64,000 bases of DNA from Eledone cirrhosa. Taxonomy: Eukaryota. Shown here one piece after another: positions 14,011 through 28,343 of the stretch. Position 1 is the first letter of the stretch, and each line of letters starts with the position of its first letter. The notes beneath the pieces were generated by a model. That model worked only from the letters and a program-made list of their open reading frames with translations, ran no database searches and had not been told where the DNA came from. The DNA lies in contig OZ024742.1 of assembly GCA_964016885.1 (NCBI GenBank), positions 206,088,001-206,152,000 on the forward strand. The letters are read 5' to 3'. Both the position numbers and the translations under genes were made by a program.

Positions 14011-14139
14011 GTTATACTCTGCTATGTATTGAGTACCTTACTTACTGTGGTTACCTCCGATTCAACCCGGAATAACGTATATATATATATATATATAATA
14101 TAATATATAAGAACAGAAGATGGTTAAAGGAGTTCCATG

Positions 14140-14210
14140 TATTTTATTATGCGCATTTCAAAAACAAATATCATCATGCAATAATATTTGTGTTTTCATC
14201 AGATAAAACA
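14140..14210 (-). ncRNA. hammerhead ribozyme motif
   Basis: TGTTTTAT-CTGATGA-long stem II-GAAA-TGCGCA-TA-ATAAAATA. Lies in a repeat (about 14095-15355) related to 29872-30104. Confidence 0.85.
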
Positions 14211-15352
14211 GGAGGACATGATATGAAGGCTAAAAAACACTTGTGGATAGTTCAGTTTTAGATCAACATATGAGAAGTAGTTTTAGATTGATGTGTGATA
14301 TTGGGAAAAATATTTTATTTAGAGGGGGGGATGAAAAAAAGAGGAGGAGATGAGAGTGAAGGTGGAGAGGGAGGAGTATAGTGAGGAAGGATGAGATAGG
14401 AGGAGAGATGGGTGATAGAGAGAGAGAGAGATAGTTTTTATAACTGAGAAAGATATATTGTTTTACATAGAGAGGTTGAAAACCGTTGGAAGATAATGTA
14501 TAAATTAAAAGAATTTGAAAATTAACGAAGAGAAAAATATGTGCGAAGAAAGAGAAGGAGTTAATATGTATTGAGAATAATGAGTTAGATGATAGGGAGA
14601 AAAGAATAATGAATTGCGGATGAATATTCTAACGTCAAAAAAAATGTATATGTTTACGAAGGATTTTTATAAGGTGATATAGAGTAAGAATGTGTTGTAT
14701 TATGTAATAATTGATTCTATGTTAGGCAAGAGTGAGAAAAGGTACAGATTAGGGGTTAGATATTAGAAGAGAAGAAAAGGAAGTGATAAATATGGGAGAT
14801 GTAGAAAGAGTCAACAAGTATTATGGAAATTTGAAAATTAACGAAGAGAAAAATAATGTAAAGTTAAGGTTTGTATATTGAAGGATTTGAGAAAAAATAA
14901 TGTAAAGTTAAGGTTTGTATATTGAAGGATTTGATAATATGTGCGAAGAAAAAGAAAATGTTATTATGTATTGAGAATAATGAGTTAGATGATAGGGAGA
15001 AAAGAATAATGAATTGAGGATGAATAATCTAGCGTCAAAAAAAATGTATATGTTTAAGAAGGATTTTGCAAGGTGATATAGAGTAAGAGTAATGAGTAAA
15101 CAAGTATTATAGAATGTTTAATAACCTTTGAAATAAGGTAGAAAGATGGGTATATTTTTAAAAGAAGTGTATATATATGTGCCTTTGAGAAAAAGATTCT
15201 AAATTGATAAAGAATTGAATATTAGCTGTATACTTTGTGAAATGTTTTATGGAATTTATGCAAGCAGATAGAAAACAAGTCAGTGCGTCTATTTATTATA
15301 GAATCTAGATTAGAGATAATGGTAAATTTGTACTACAATAAAACTCACCTCC

Positions 15353-15450
<98 letters not shown>

Positions 15451-15481
15451 TATAGTATATATATAATTATATATATACATA

Positions 15482-18087
15482 ACTTAGTTGTCAGCGACCT
15501 CACGGTCAGAACTAGACGAACCTGGAAACAGAAGCCAACCTGGAGAAGAAAGATCTGGAAGCTGAAAGACCCCTCAGCCAGTAACAGATTTAAAGATATT
15601 TTACTTGTCGACTATGACAGTAAAGAAGAACAGATAGAGACATTCAATGTAGAAGAGCACTGGGAGTTCCTAAAGAATAACTTACTAAAGGCGACAGATC
15701 AGATCTGTGGCTCGAGTAAGACCACAGGCAGGAGGAGAGTGACTTGTTGGTGGAACAATAAGGTAGATGAGGCAGTTAAGGCCAAGAGACAGGCATGGAA
15801 AGAATGGAAGAACGGGGGAAGCAGGGTACTTTACATAGAGACGAGGAGGGAAGCTACGCGACAAGTATACTTAGCTAGAAGGGAAGCGGAGGATAGAAAA
15901 TTCGAGCATGTCTTGCAACGTGAGGACCAGAAACAGGAGGTGTTCAAGATTGCGAGGAAGTGTGTCAGAAAGAATTGTGATGTCATTGGAGAAAAGTGTA
16001 TCCAGAATGATAAAGGTGAGCTTTCCCTCACAAGTGCTGAGAAGAAAGATGCGTGGAAGAGCCATTATGATAGATTACTAAATGAGGAGAATGCATGGGA
16101 AGAACAGCCCTACCCCAAGTAGACCCTATAGAGGGGCCAGCAGTACAAGTCAGCAGCAGCGTAGTAAGTAATGCAATCAAAGATATGAAGACGAGGGAGG
16201 CAACCGGGCCATCGGGTATAAATGCCGAGATGCTGATGGCATCTGGGTAGGTAGGTTACACCTTAACCACACGTATTGTTAACCAGGTAATACTAGAAGG
16301 TGTCATACCAAAGGATTGGTGCAGTAGCATCATTGGCAATGCTACAAAGTTAAAGGTGATGCACTAGATAGAGGAAACTATAGAGGTATAAAGCTGATGG
16401 ACCAGCTCATGAAAGTAACAGAAAGGGTTATAGCACAGTTGATTAGGGACCGGGTGAAACTAGATGAGATGCAATTTGGGTTTGTGCCAGGAAGAGGCAC
16501 CACTGATGCCCTCTTCCTTGTGAGGCAGTTAGAGGAAAAGTACCAAGTTAAAAGTAAGCCGCTCTACCTGACATTCATCGATCTAGAGAAAGCCTTTGAC
16601 AGAGTTCCCCGTGCTATAATCTTGTGGGCTCTTAGAAAACTAGGAGTAGATGAAAGGCTTGTGAAAGCTGTACAAGCCATGTATAGAGGAGCAGTCAGAA
16701 AAGTTAGGATTAGCAATGAGTATAGCGAGGAATTTAGTGTACAGGTTGGTTTCCACCAGGGCTCTGTACTTAGCCCTCTCCTGTTCATCATAGTTCTGCA
16801 GGCAATAACGGAGGAGTTTTAGACCGGATCCCATGGGAACTCCTGTATGCAGATGACCTCGCACTTATAGCTGAATCTATGCAGTAATTCCAAACTTGGA
16901 AGCAGGGACTAGAAAGAAAGGGTCTCAAAGTCAATCTGACAAAGACTAACGTCCTTGTAAGTAGACGTGAAAACAGAACCCAGATCCCCTCAGGGAAATG
17001 GCCTTGCTCAGTATGTAGGAAAGGTGTAGGTAGGAACTCCATTCTCTGCCCCAAATGCAAACAAGGGGTACACAAGAGATGTAGCGGGATCTCAGGAAGC
17101 TTAACTAAGAATGTAGGTTTCACATGTAGCAGCTGTGCTGGGACAGCAAGCAGCAAACAGTCACAGGAAACAAGCACCACCAAACTCTGGGAGGGCTCTG
17201 TAGAAACAATAGACAGCATCTGCTATCTAGGTGACCGAATTAGCAGCGGAAATGGGTGTTCTGAAAGTACAATAACTAGGATAAGAACGGGATACTACTG
17301 CCACTGCTAGCTGCAAAAGGCTTTTCCCTCAACATGAAAGGCAGACTGTATGATGCGTGTATACGAACAGCAATGTTACATGGTAGTGAGACCTGGGCGC
17401 TGTCTGTGGAAGACTTGCGTAGATTAGAAAGAAACGAAGCCTGTATGCTCCGATGGATGTGTAATAGTAATATATGCGAACGGCAAAGCATGAATGAATT
17501 GAGAGAGAGATTGAGCATAAGAGGAATCAAATGTTGTGTGCAGGAGAGGCGGTTGCGTTGGTATGGACATGTGATGCGTATGAAGGATGAGAGCTGCATA
17601 AAAAGGTGGAGAGCACTAGAAGTCGATGGAAACCGCGGAGTGAGGAGACCCAACAAGACCTGGGATGAGGTGATAAAAGCCGACCTTACCCAATTACACC
17701 TCTCAAAGGCGACGACACACGACCGTGACCTCTGTCGTCACGCAGTAATACAGAAGATCCGACCCCCCACGGGTAGAAGCTGAAACTGAAGCATATAGAC
17801 AATATGACCCCACACCCTCCCACTGCAAAGTGGTCGTAGAGGTGACACGGTAAAAAAGCACCCAGCCCACACTGTAAAGTGGACATGTAGACGCCACGGA
17901 AAAAAGCACCCAGCACTCACTGTAAATGAGGTTGGTGTTAGGATGGACATCCAGCTGTAGAAATTAAGCCAGAATTACTTTCCGTATGAGCAAGACAAGG
18001 TCAGCCGACCGGACACTGCCCACAACAGGACAACCCGTCTAACCCATGCTGGAAGAATGGACGTAAAACGGTGATGATGATGATGAT
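15482..18087 (+). mobile_element. RTE LINE (RT + 3' UTR + (GAT)n tail), degraded
   Basis: QFGFVPGRGTTDA, FIDLEKAFDRV, GFHQGSVLSPLLF, YADD, RRLRWYGHV. Contains stops and frameshifts. Confidence 0.93.
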
Positions 18088-18182
18088 ATATATCTAATAT
18101 ATATATATATATATATAATATATATATGTATATATATATATATTATATTTATATATAATATATATATATAAATATATATATA

Positions 18183-20865
18183 TTAATTCAAAATATTAAC
18201 AAATATAGACATTCATGTGATCAAGTATATTTTATTATACATATTTCAGAGTTACTGAGCTATTTTCAACAGTACGTCCTCATCAGATAAAATAAGTTGA
18301 TGCTTGACATACCTTGACTATGTTGATGGTTAAAATTCAGTCATGGCAGTGAATTAGTTATGACAAAACTCAATATTTATATACCTTAAGATTGAGACAT
18401 GAAAAAACTACATATAATACAGTGGGTGCGTGTGAGAAAGCTTATAAAGATACATAATAATAAATAACTACTAATATAATATAAACCTACATAACTGTTA
18501 AAAATTTACATAATTTAAAGAAAATAATATATGGATAACACATTATTGTAGAAAAAGGGAGTGAAAGACAGAGAGCGAAACAGATGAGGAAAGAGAGAAT
18601 GACTAGAAATATAGAATTATCATATGCACGAAAGCAAAAGTAAATTGATAAAGGATAGAGAGAAGAGGAGAAAAAATAAGTTTTATAGCATAAAACACAG
18701 GGAGGGAGACTTGTATTGTCATGGATAAACAACGCATAATTAGATGAGGTAAAAATATATATATAAATATATATTTGGGCATAGCTTGGTGAATGATTAT
18801 TTTCGAAACCTTAAATTATTTAGAAATAGTCAATTAATCAAAACATCAAATATATATATCTGGGTGTAGTTATATGACGGTTTATTTTCGAATCCTTAAG
18901 TTAATTAGAAATAGTCAATTAATCAAATATATCTATCCCGGCGCATCCGGATGACCGTTAAATTTCGAATCCTTATGTTAGTTAGAAATACTGAATTAAT
19001 CTAATGGCATAAGATTTCTGACTCTGAAATTTATAAGGATTTATATTATAGTATAATATATTTAAAGTGTTTGCAAACATGAGAAAGAAAAGACTTAAGA
19101 TTTTCATCAACCCGAAGGTAATTCAAATTAAATTATATTAAAAAATTATATTAAAAAATTATATTAAAAAATTATATTAAAAAATAATCATTATATAATT
19201 TAGAAAATAATTACAATTATAAAGTTAAAATTAGAATGCCCTTAAGTATCCAAAAGCCATATAAATGTACTTAAAAAGGATATTATTAAACTAGATATAC
19301 GCATTTGTATAAATTTATACAAAGAGTATATTGTTTAAAGTTTAAGACGATATTAGTCAGTTATATATAATATAATAAATATAATTACTGTTAATAGTGT
19401 TATAAATAAAGTTTTACATCAAGTTAAGTGGAAAAAATTAGTCAACTAGGATCATGTAAGACATAAATACTATAAATATACAAATCAAACTTCTTGAATC
19501 ATAAAACACAGATTCAAAATAAATAAATGAATAGTTTACGAATCCATATAAGTGTCAAATACATAAGCTATATAATTTAAAAATACAAAAAAAATTTATA
19601 AGGATTTATATTATAGTATAATATCATAGTTAAAGTGTTTGCAAACATGAGAAAGAAAAGGCTTAAGATTTTCATCAACCCGAAGGTTTACGAATCCATA
19701 TAAGCTATATAATTTAAAAATAAAAAAAAAAACGAAAATTAAATGTATTTAAACAATCAAATGATATGCATACTCATCAAAATATCATGTTAACAATTTA
19801 TATGTTTATGTAGAACCCTTAATCCAACATTAATCATATCGTAAATAATAAAAAAATATTACAAAGTTTTATAATCTGTTATAGTATCGTTTTACGCACT
19901 CAGTTGATAATAAACGTCAAAATCAAAACTTATTTATTCAATGTTTTTTCCTGACTTTTTGTGCAGCTTGGAATGTAGTTGTAGCTTTATGTAAGCAATT
20001 TGAGAATAATTCACTTTTTTGTTAATTAAGTTATCATAATTATTAATTATTAATAGAGTCTCCATAGTACACAGATTGCAGTTCGGTAATATTGAAGAAT
20101 TCAAGTAGACTTGACCATTACACAGCTTGGACCAAGAAATCGAGTATTTTTAATTTTTGTCTTTTAATGACTATACAAGTTGTGATAAAGAGGTCGAAAA
20201 TTTCCTATTAGGATTCGAGAATGAATATTTGTGATTCGAAAATCTTAATTTAAAGGTCGATGAAGTTGCACCAATATGCTTTGACGGTGCATTTATAGAC
20301 TAGATTGCTATCCAGACAATTATTTTGGAGAGGGCAATTTGATCTATTTCTACAATTACATTTCAATTTATTGTTATTACTATAATTTGAACAATTGACG
20401 TTAACAATGTTAGTAGTTGGAAGTGTTCCATTGATAGTGCTTAAATTAATGTTATTGTTATTCCAAGTATTAATATTGTTAGTGTTAATATAGTCATTAT
20501 CCCTAATTGTTTGTTGTTTATGATTTAGAATTCTACTATTTATTTTTGCAATGTTCTGCGCCATAATCATAGTTGTAGAATAAGAAAGCTTAATTGTGTG
20601 TCTGTTGAATATGGAACGGTACTTATGTTTTTTGGGAAAACATTTATCTAAAGCCTTAAAGAATAGATTTGCCAGTGGTGTTTTGATTGCTACAGACGCG
20701 GGAGGAGCAAACCATATAACTGATTTAGTTCTGATTATTTTCGCCGATTTATTCACGGCATTGGTGTTTGTATTTATATTTAAATAATTTTTAGAATCTA
20801 GTTTATTTATGTTACTCGTATTTTTACCCGGTTTATAATTCAAATTAGTATTATCCATATATTCG
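18183..20865 (-). mobile_element. Naiad-like PLE 3' part with HHR-bearing end
   Basis: IWFAPP, IFNRHTIKLSYS, CNCRNRSNCPLQNNCL, VYKC. Long AT-rich UTR ends in an HHR. Confidence 0.8.
18228..18294 (-). ncRNA. hammerhead ribozyme motif
   Basis: TATTTTAT-CTGATGA-GGACGTACTG..CAGTAACTCT-GAAA-TATGTA-TA-ATAAAATA. Confidence 0.82.
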
Positions 20866-21655
20866 TGAGATTTAAACCACCGTGGTTGGAACCATTATCA
20901 CTTAGCTTTTAACATATGAAATCCGCCTTCTCACACAGCCCACTACAGAACCATAATCTTCTATAAATACCTTATAGCCTTCCTTCGGGATGTGTCAGTA
21001 ATGTCTACAACTATCTTAACAGCCCATAAATCAATCCCATCTTCGCAGTTATTCACTCCTTCGGACCAAACAATTATATCTCTCATTAGCACTCATGATC
21101 TCTAACAGCTGAACCTAATTCTAAGTACATTATCTTATTACTCCTACACTCCTTGAAATCTTAATTTCCTCTTATTATTCTTCTTATTATTATGAATATC
21201 TCAATGTATCCCTAATATTATTCATCATGTTCTCTATATCTACCATGCATATTTTACTATTTTATTACCTTTATTGTTTCTATTATTGTTGTTATTACTG
21301 TCTTATTTATACACGATTTGTTATTGATGCTGTGAAAACTAATCGCCCATGATTCGAACTAACAATCCCTACCTTTACTATAGGCCACTTAAATAACGAA
21401 TCTACAACTCTATTTAACACCACATAAAAACTATCATCCTCACTAAATTAATAAAATGAAAATGTTTATCTGTCAAATAATAAGTAAATCTCCGGTTTAT
21501 TGCCAGAATACCTACAGCATAGTAGATACCTCACAAATCCTGTCTCCAAGTACATTTTAGTGGTTACTGCTATCTCGTCGCCAGATTAACACTATATCTA
21601 ATGAACCCTATAGCAGTTTTCACCTGTCAATTTCATACATCTGTATCATATCATA
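20865..21655 (+). mobile_element. Naiad-like PLE 3' UTR fragment
   Basis: Reverse-complement homolog of about 31310-32127, which directly follows a GIY-YIG ORF end. Confidence 0.7.
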
Positions 21656-24600
21656 TCCATGATGGAGGCAAATGGTGGACTGGGGTTTGATATGATTTCC
21701 CTTTTTAGAGAGTTAATATGCAGGGGGAGGTAATTCATGCTGGATGATATTTAATTTATTTAAGAAAAAGGATTAGGTAGGGTGTGAGGAAGGTAACTCT
21801 TTAGAGAAGACATAGGTATTTGTAAATGTTTGATTGTTCGTTCCAGTTTTAGTTTAGTCCTAAGTTTAGTGCATTAAGTAGAGGTTGGAATTTGTTAATG
21901 AAATACGTTTCCTTATTGGTACGATGGATGAAAGTAGTGTTGTCTATGAATTTGTAAATGGGGAAAATTTTAAAGTTTGGTTGTTGGTTGGGTGCACAAT
22001 TGGCGATATGTCCACTAAATGCAATCTTTCTGTATTCCTGTATTTTGATTTGTGATTTATGGACGGTAATACGTTGTCGGAGGCTGTTTTTTGTCTGTCC
22101 TATGTAGTGCTCTTGACAACTTGAGCAGGTCAAAACATAGATTAGGTTTTCAGATGCACATGTAAAGTTGTGTTTAACTGTGAAATGTTGTCCTTGTTTA
22201 AAATGGAATGTTGAACCTTCTATTAGATTTATGCATATTCCACAGTTAGGACTTCTGCATTTTGTTACTGTAGGGTTCATTGTGAGGGTTTGTTGGATTG
22301 TGGCTTGTGTGAGGATGTTTTTTTATGGATTTAGGTTGTCTTTTGCTCTTTATGATGTTGTGTGTTTGGAGGATTTTGTTCATTTTGGGTCTCTTTTTAG
22401 TAAAGGAATGTTCTAGAGGATGGTGTCGAATGCCTCATTGTTGAGGGGGTTGTGTGTGGAGATGTATGGTAGAGTTTTCTGTTGCGGTTCATTACTGGGT
22501 TTGGGGTGCCTGAGTTCCTGGATGTCGAGTTTTAGGGCACGTTGGAATCCATTGTTGATTAGGGATGGTGGGTAGTTTCTGCTGATAAGTGTGTTTTTTA
22601 ATTCTTCTAGTCGTGTGTAGCATGTGTATTTATTTGAAACTATTGTGCAGATCCTTCTGGCTAGTTTATAAGGAATTGCCATTTTGGTGTGTCTAGGGTG
22701 GCACGAGTTGAATGGAAGGTATTGTTTGGAGTCTGTGGGTTTGTAGTATATGTCTGTTTCTATTTTGTTGTTTGTTTTCTTGATGAGGATGTCGAGAAAA
22801 AGGAGTTGTTCATAGCTGTAATCCATTGTGAATTGTAAGTTTGTGTTGAGTCCATTCAGAAGGGTTTTAAACTCAATCAGTCTATCTATACTTTCATCTC
22901 AGAAGATGAAGCAGTCGTCCAGATATCTCTTCCAGTTATTTTCTATGTGTTGGTTGAAGTGGTTGCCATATTTGTCTATAACTTTGTGGTAGAGAGTGGT
23001 TTCCAAATATCCCATGACAAGGTTGGCGTATGAGGAGGCTACTTTCGTGCCCATGGCAGTCCCAGATTTCTGTCTGTAGTATTTGGCATTGAATTCAAAG
23101 AAATTGTTTTCCAAGATGAATTTGAGTCCCTCCAACACAAATTCTTTAGGGATGCGCTGTGGGAGTTCACTAGGAAAATTTTCAAGCCAGAATTGTATTG
23201 CCTCTATACCTAGGTTTTGTGGGATATTGGAATATAAATTGATGACATCAAAGGTTACTAGTAGGGTATGTTCATTATTGAGTGTTGTTGGGAGGTGGTT
23301 GAGCATGTCAAGGTCGTTCCTTATGAAGCCTTTTGTGTGTTTTAGGAAAAGCTTAAGCAGAATATCTAGGAAGTTGCTCAGGCGGTGGGTTTCACCTGCT
23401 ATTATGGGTCTTAATTTAAGGTCCTCAGGAGGGGTTATATTGATGTAAATGTCTGTAGCTTGCTTGCAGGCCCTACCTATTACTTCGCTTTTGTGTGTCT
23501 TTGGGATACCGTAGAAGAGGCTGGTTCTGCTTTTGAAATTGGTGATGTAGTTGTATTCCTTGTCAGTAAGGCTTTCTTTGTAAAGGGTTGTTAGGGATTT
23601 TAGGTTTCTCATTATTTTCTGTTGTGTGTAGTGTTGGGCCTTTTCATAATACGCTTGGTTTTCTAGAGTTGAGAGTACTAGAGTCGTGTAATAATCTGTC
23701 CCCATAAGGACTACTGCACTCCCTTTATCTGCCTCTTTGATTGTTAGGGTTTTGTCGTTTTTTAGACTGTTAAGGCCATTCCATTCTTTTTTTCTTAGGG
23801 TTGGTTTTTGTTTATGTCTGTGTAGGTGGTGGTATGGGTAATTAGTAATGTGTTCGCAGAATTGATCGATGAATTTGTTCTTGCCTTTTGGTGGGGTGTA
23901 GTTGCTTCTATTTCTGGCTATTGAGTCATCCTCATTATATTTGTCGTATAGTTGCTCGCTGTGTCTTAGTTTTCTACAGAATTCTGCAATATCTTCCTTC
24001 ATTTCGGAGTAGTTTGGTTGTTGGGGAGTTGGTGTAAATTTTAGACCTTTGGAGAGTATGTTGATTTGGTCTGTTGTTAATTCTTTAGAGGTTAAATTAA
24101 CAATTTTTATTACATTTTGTGTCTCCTGTGTGTTTTGTGTTATCTTGTTATTCTGTGTCTGTGTGCTGTGTCTAAAAAATGATTACGGAAGTTGTGGTGG
24201 CTGTTGAAGTTTGGATGTCTCCTATGGTTGTATTGGCCCCTGCTGTTGTTGTTAGATGGTGTGTAGCTGTGGTGGTTGTTGAAGTTAGGTTGTATCGTGT
24301 GGTTGTATGGAGCCCTGCCGATGTTGTTGTAGGGTGTGTAGATTTGATGGACGTGGTTATAGGGTGTGAAGTTGTGGTGGTTGCCTTCCTTAATCCTTTT
24401 TCTTAAATAAATTAAATATCATCCAGCATGAATTACCTCCCCCTGCATATTAACTCCCTAAAAAGGGAAATCATATCAAACCCCAGTCCACCATTTGCCT
24501 CCATCATGGATCAACTAAGCACTCTTGCTATATTAACACATTTTGATCTGCTTATCTTCAAGAACTATGCCTGTAAATAACATTATTTTTTCTTTCACAT

Positions 24601-25020
24601 TGACTTATTATGCTCCACATTACGCCTCTTTTTCCTTTTTTCTTTTTTCTTTTCACTTCATAAACCGTGTTTGTAAATAAAATTATTCTTTCGGCACCAT
24701 TTCTTTAACATGTCCAACACCACCATTCTACACCAATACATATTATTATCATTTGATAATGCATAAAAATGCTGAAACCGGTAATAGACGATTATTAAAT
24801 ATATAAATAAATAACTAAATGCCATTGTTAATTAATAAATAAATAAACTAATACCTTAACACTTCACACAAAGTAAAATATTTCGTTTTAATCATTTTCT
24901 AACCCAGAAAAAAGAGAAAGAAATAAAAAGGGAAAAATATGTTTCTTCCTAATAATCGTCTTTTCTCCCTGTTTTCATATATCTATATATATCCTAACTC
25001 GTCTGCTTCCTCTCCACATT
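21655..25020. mobile_element. Neptune-like PLE: ORF on -, 3' end inverted on +
   Basis: IKEADKGSAVV, FDVINLY, GTAMGT, WKRYLDDCF, FLDILI, KCRSPNCGIC, IYVL..YIGQT. About 122-bp inverted duplication (21655-21777 vs 24389-24511). Right boundary approximate. Confidence 0.9.
24749..24787 (+). ncRNA. hammerhead motif, U3-A8 core
   Basis: TTGATAA-T-GCAT/ATGC-T-GAAA-CCGG-TA. Stem I is weak. Confidence 0.6.
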
Positions 25021-25099
25021 TTATATATATATATATAATATATATATTATATATATATATGTATATATATATATAAAATATATATAATATATATATATA

Positions 25100-25360
25100 T
25101 CCAGTCCTAAATAAATGAGGTGTAACGACAAAAAAAACACACAGTCCATGCTGTAATGTGACTGTGTAGGTAACACGGTAAAAACCTCCGAGTCCATACT
25201 GTAAACGTGGTTGGTGTTAGGAAGGGCATCCAGCCTAGAAAACCTGCCAGACAGCCCTATACGAGCAAGACAGCCAATCTTGCCTCAAGTGGGAAAATTC
25301 CCGTCTAAACCCATGCTAACGGGGAAGATAGACATTAAACGATTATGATGATGATGATGA
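25100..25360 (+). mobile_element. RTE 3'-end / RTE-tailed SINE fragment
   Basis: GTGGTTGGTGTTAGGAAGGGCATCCAGC...(GAT)n, homologous to about 17870-18087. Confidence 0.75.
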
Positions 25361-25387
25361 TATATTATATCTATAAATATATATTAT

Positions 25388-25463
<76 letters not shown>

Positions 25464-26125
25464 ATAAAACGAAATATCAGTGATGCATCTGAACTCAATT
25501 TATTGTGTGTTACAATTGTTTCGCCAGCCGGTGGACAGCTCAAGACACGATCATTGTGTGGATCTGTCTGATTGTGGATCCGAAGGTTCGACGGACACGT
25601 CTAATGATTTCGGAGCAGATTCTCTCTCACTGAGGTGTTAGCGTCAAAAACATCCTCTTCGCGCGTCGTTATTGGTTGCTGTTTTTCTACGTCATCGTAA
25701 TTCTGACCAACAGGTATCATTCGACTGACCATCATCAGCTGTCCCGTTTCTGCCACACTTCGATGAATTACTGGTGGGTTTGGTAGGTCACATGTCCACG
25801 CATGCACGCACACACACATATACACACAATCACATAGATAACAACATCCGTGCCCATATATATATATATTATATATATATATATATATATATCTATATAT
25901 CTAAGGCGGGTAAAATTCCCGAGATCCATGGACGAGTTCTCTCCAGCGGTCTCTGTCCCTCATTATCGCAAAAGTTTAACAAGGTTTTTCTAGCAAAAAG
26001 CCACCAGCCGTAAGCAACTATTCACATCCTTTCTAACCTGACCGCTGCTACGTCACGATTCTTAGCCATTTTTGAATGTATTCTTGGCGCGATCACATTG
26101 GAAAACTTATTGTCTAAATTTGAGC

Positions 26126-26207
26126 TAACTTCCTGAAGAGTCCGGTGCTCTAGGTGTCCAATGCTATCGGATATCTTAAAATGCGGACGAAACCATGGTC
26201 GAGGTTA
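26126..26207 (+). ncRNA. canonical-core hammerhead ribozyme
   Basis: TAACTTC-CTGAAGA-GTCCG..CGGAC-GAAA-CCATGG-TC-GAGGTTA, with a GUC cleavage site. Confidence 0.9.
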
Positions 26208-26544
26208 CTAAATATGTTCACTTTTCTCCTAGTTTATTTTACACCTAATTCTGTTTAATTGACTGTATATCTGGGCGTTTCATACACGCTGTCGAAATAC
26301 TCGATAAATATTCCGTCGCAACTGACGCGAAGGGCTGCTTTCGGTTATTTGTCGGAGATTTCTTCATAGAAGCCTTTATTCTTATAGCTTGGTCTAATCG
26401 ATTTTTTATATGGTTAATTATGTTAATTGGGAGAGGAAATGGTATATATTTTATCTGGTGATACTATAGACATGTTTTATGATATATAGTTCTAATTATT
26501 TAATTTATTAACTCTTCATTGAGCCACAAAGTGACCCGTTGCAA

Positions 26545-26597
<53 letters not shown>

Positions 26598-26816
26598 ATG
26601 TGTGTGTGTGTGTAAACCTTTATATGTAATAATCTCCCGTAAGGTTGAGATAAAATTTTGGCTGTATTGTGCTGCGCTTTCTAGCAAAAAGCCACCAGCC
26701 GTAAACAACTATTCACATCCTTTCTAACCTGACCGCTGCTACGTCACGATTCTTAGCCATTTTTGAATGTATTCTTGGCTCGATCATTTTGGAAAACTTA
26801 TTGTCTAAATTTGAGC

Positions 26817-26898
26817 TAACTTCCTGAAGAGTTCGGTGCTCTAGGTCTCCAATGCTATCGGATATCTTAAAATGCCGACGAAACCATGGTCGAGGTAA
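26817..26898 (+). ncRNA. hammerhead ribozyme, second copy
   Basis: Same core and CCATGG loop as 26126-26207. Stem II is slightly altered. Confidence 0.8.
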
Positions 26899-27153
26899 CT
26901 AAATATGTTCACTTTTCTCCTAGTTTATTTTACACCTAATTCTGTTTAATTGACTGTATATCTGGGCGATTCATACACGCTGTCGAAATACTCGATAAAT
27001 ATTCCGTCGCAACTGACGCGAAGGGCTGCTTTCGGTTATTTGTCGGAGATTTCTTCATAGAAGCCTTTATTCTTATAGCTTGGTCTAATCGATTTTGCTA
27101 ATTGGAGAGGAAATGGTACATATTTTATCTGGTGATACTATAGACATGTTTTA

Positions 27154-27449
<296 letters not shown>

Positions 27450-27560
27450 GAAGGCGCGTAGCTGAGTGGTAAGAGAATTGGATTCTGAATAGTGAGGTTG
27501 TGAGTTCGATTCCTGGACCATGCGTTATGTCATTGAGCAAGACACTTTATATCACATTTC
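27450..27560 (+). mobile_element. tRNA-derived SINE head (second family)
   Basis: A box TAGCTGAGTGG, B box GAGTTCGATTCC, then TTGAGCAAGACACTT. Confidence 0.7.
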
Positions 27561-27726
27561 TTCTTCTACCTGGAGTTGCGAGCGATATATAGTATTAGCA
27601 ATTGGAAAGACCAACGGAAAAATTTTTTCCTTGGTCCGATCTGACGAAAGTCGACTGTCGATATTTATATATATATATATTATTCAAAATATTTATAAAT
27701 GGATACATTCACATAATCAAAATATA

Positions 27727-27792
27727 TGTTTTATTATATATATTTCGGAGGTACTGTGCTGTTTTTTCAGTACGTCCTCATGAGATAAAATA
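27727..27792 (-). ncRNA. hammerhead motif with mutated core (CTCATGA) in fold-back terminus
   Basis: Stems match the 18228 and 37658 copies. Inverted arms at about 27676-27717 and 27854-27894. Confidence 0.7.
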
Positions 27793-28077
27793 CATAAATT
27801 GATGTATGACATACCTCAGATGTGTTGATGGTTCAATTCCAGTCTTGCGAAGAATTATGTGAATGTATCCATTTATTAGTATTTTGAATAATATTAATAA
27901 CTCCAGAAAACTTCTTTGTTGAGTGCTTTTAATCTATTGTAAAACTATATTAATTGAAAAATCAATGACCCCTATTTAACATTTGGTTATACATATATAT
28001 ATATATAGTGAAAAATGGAACGGGAACAAAACAGAGAGGCAGTACAAACAAAGATTTATTAGTTTCTCTCGCTCTCG

Positions 28078-28212
<135 letters not shown>

Positions 28213-28343
28213 TAAATTTTTGCTGAAAGGTGAAAGTATTACAAATATTAGAGATATTACCATTTAGAAATATTAATATATTAAAATATTAAAAATTTAA
28301 ATTGTTAAAGAAGATAGGATCATTTTGAAGGTTTATAGGAATA

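Noticed and set aside
27450-27520. tRNA gene
   Set aside because: A and B boxes are present, but no convincing acceptor stem forms and it runs into a SINE body.
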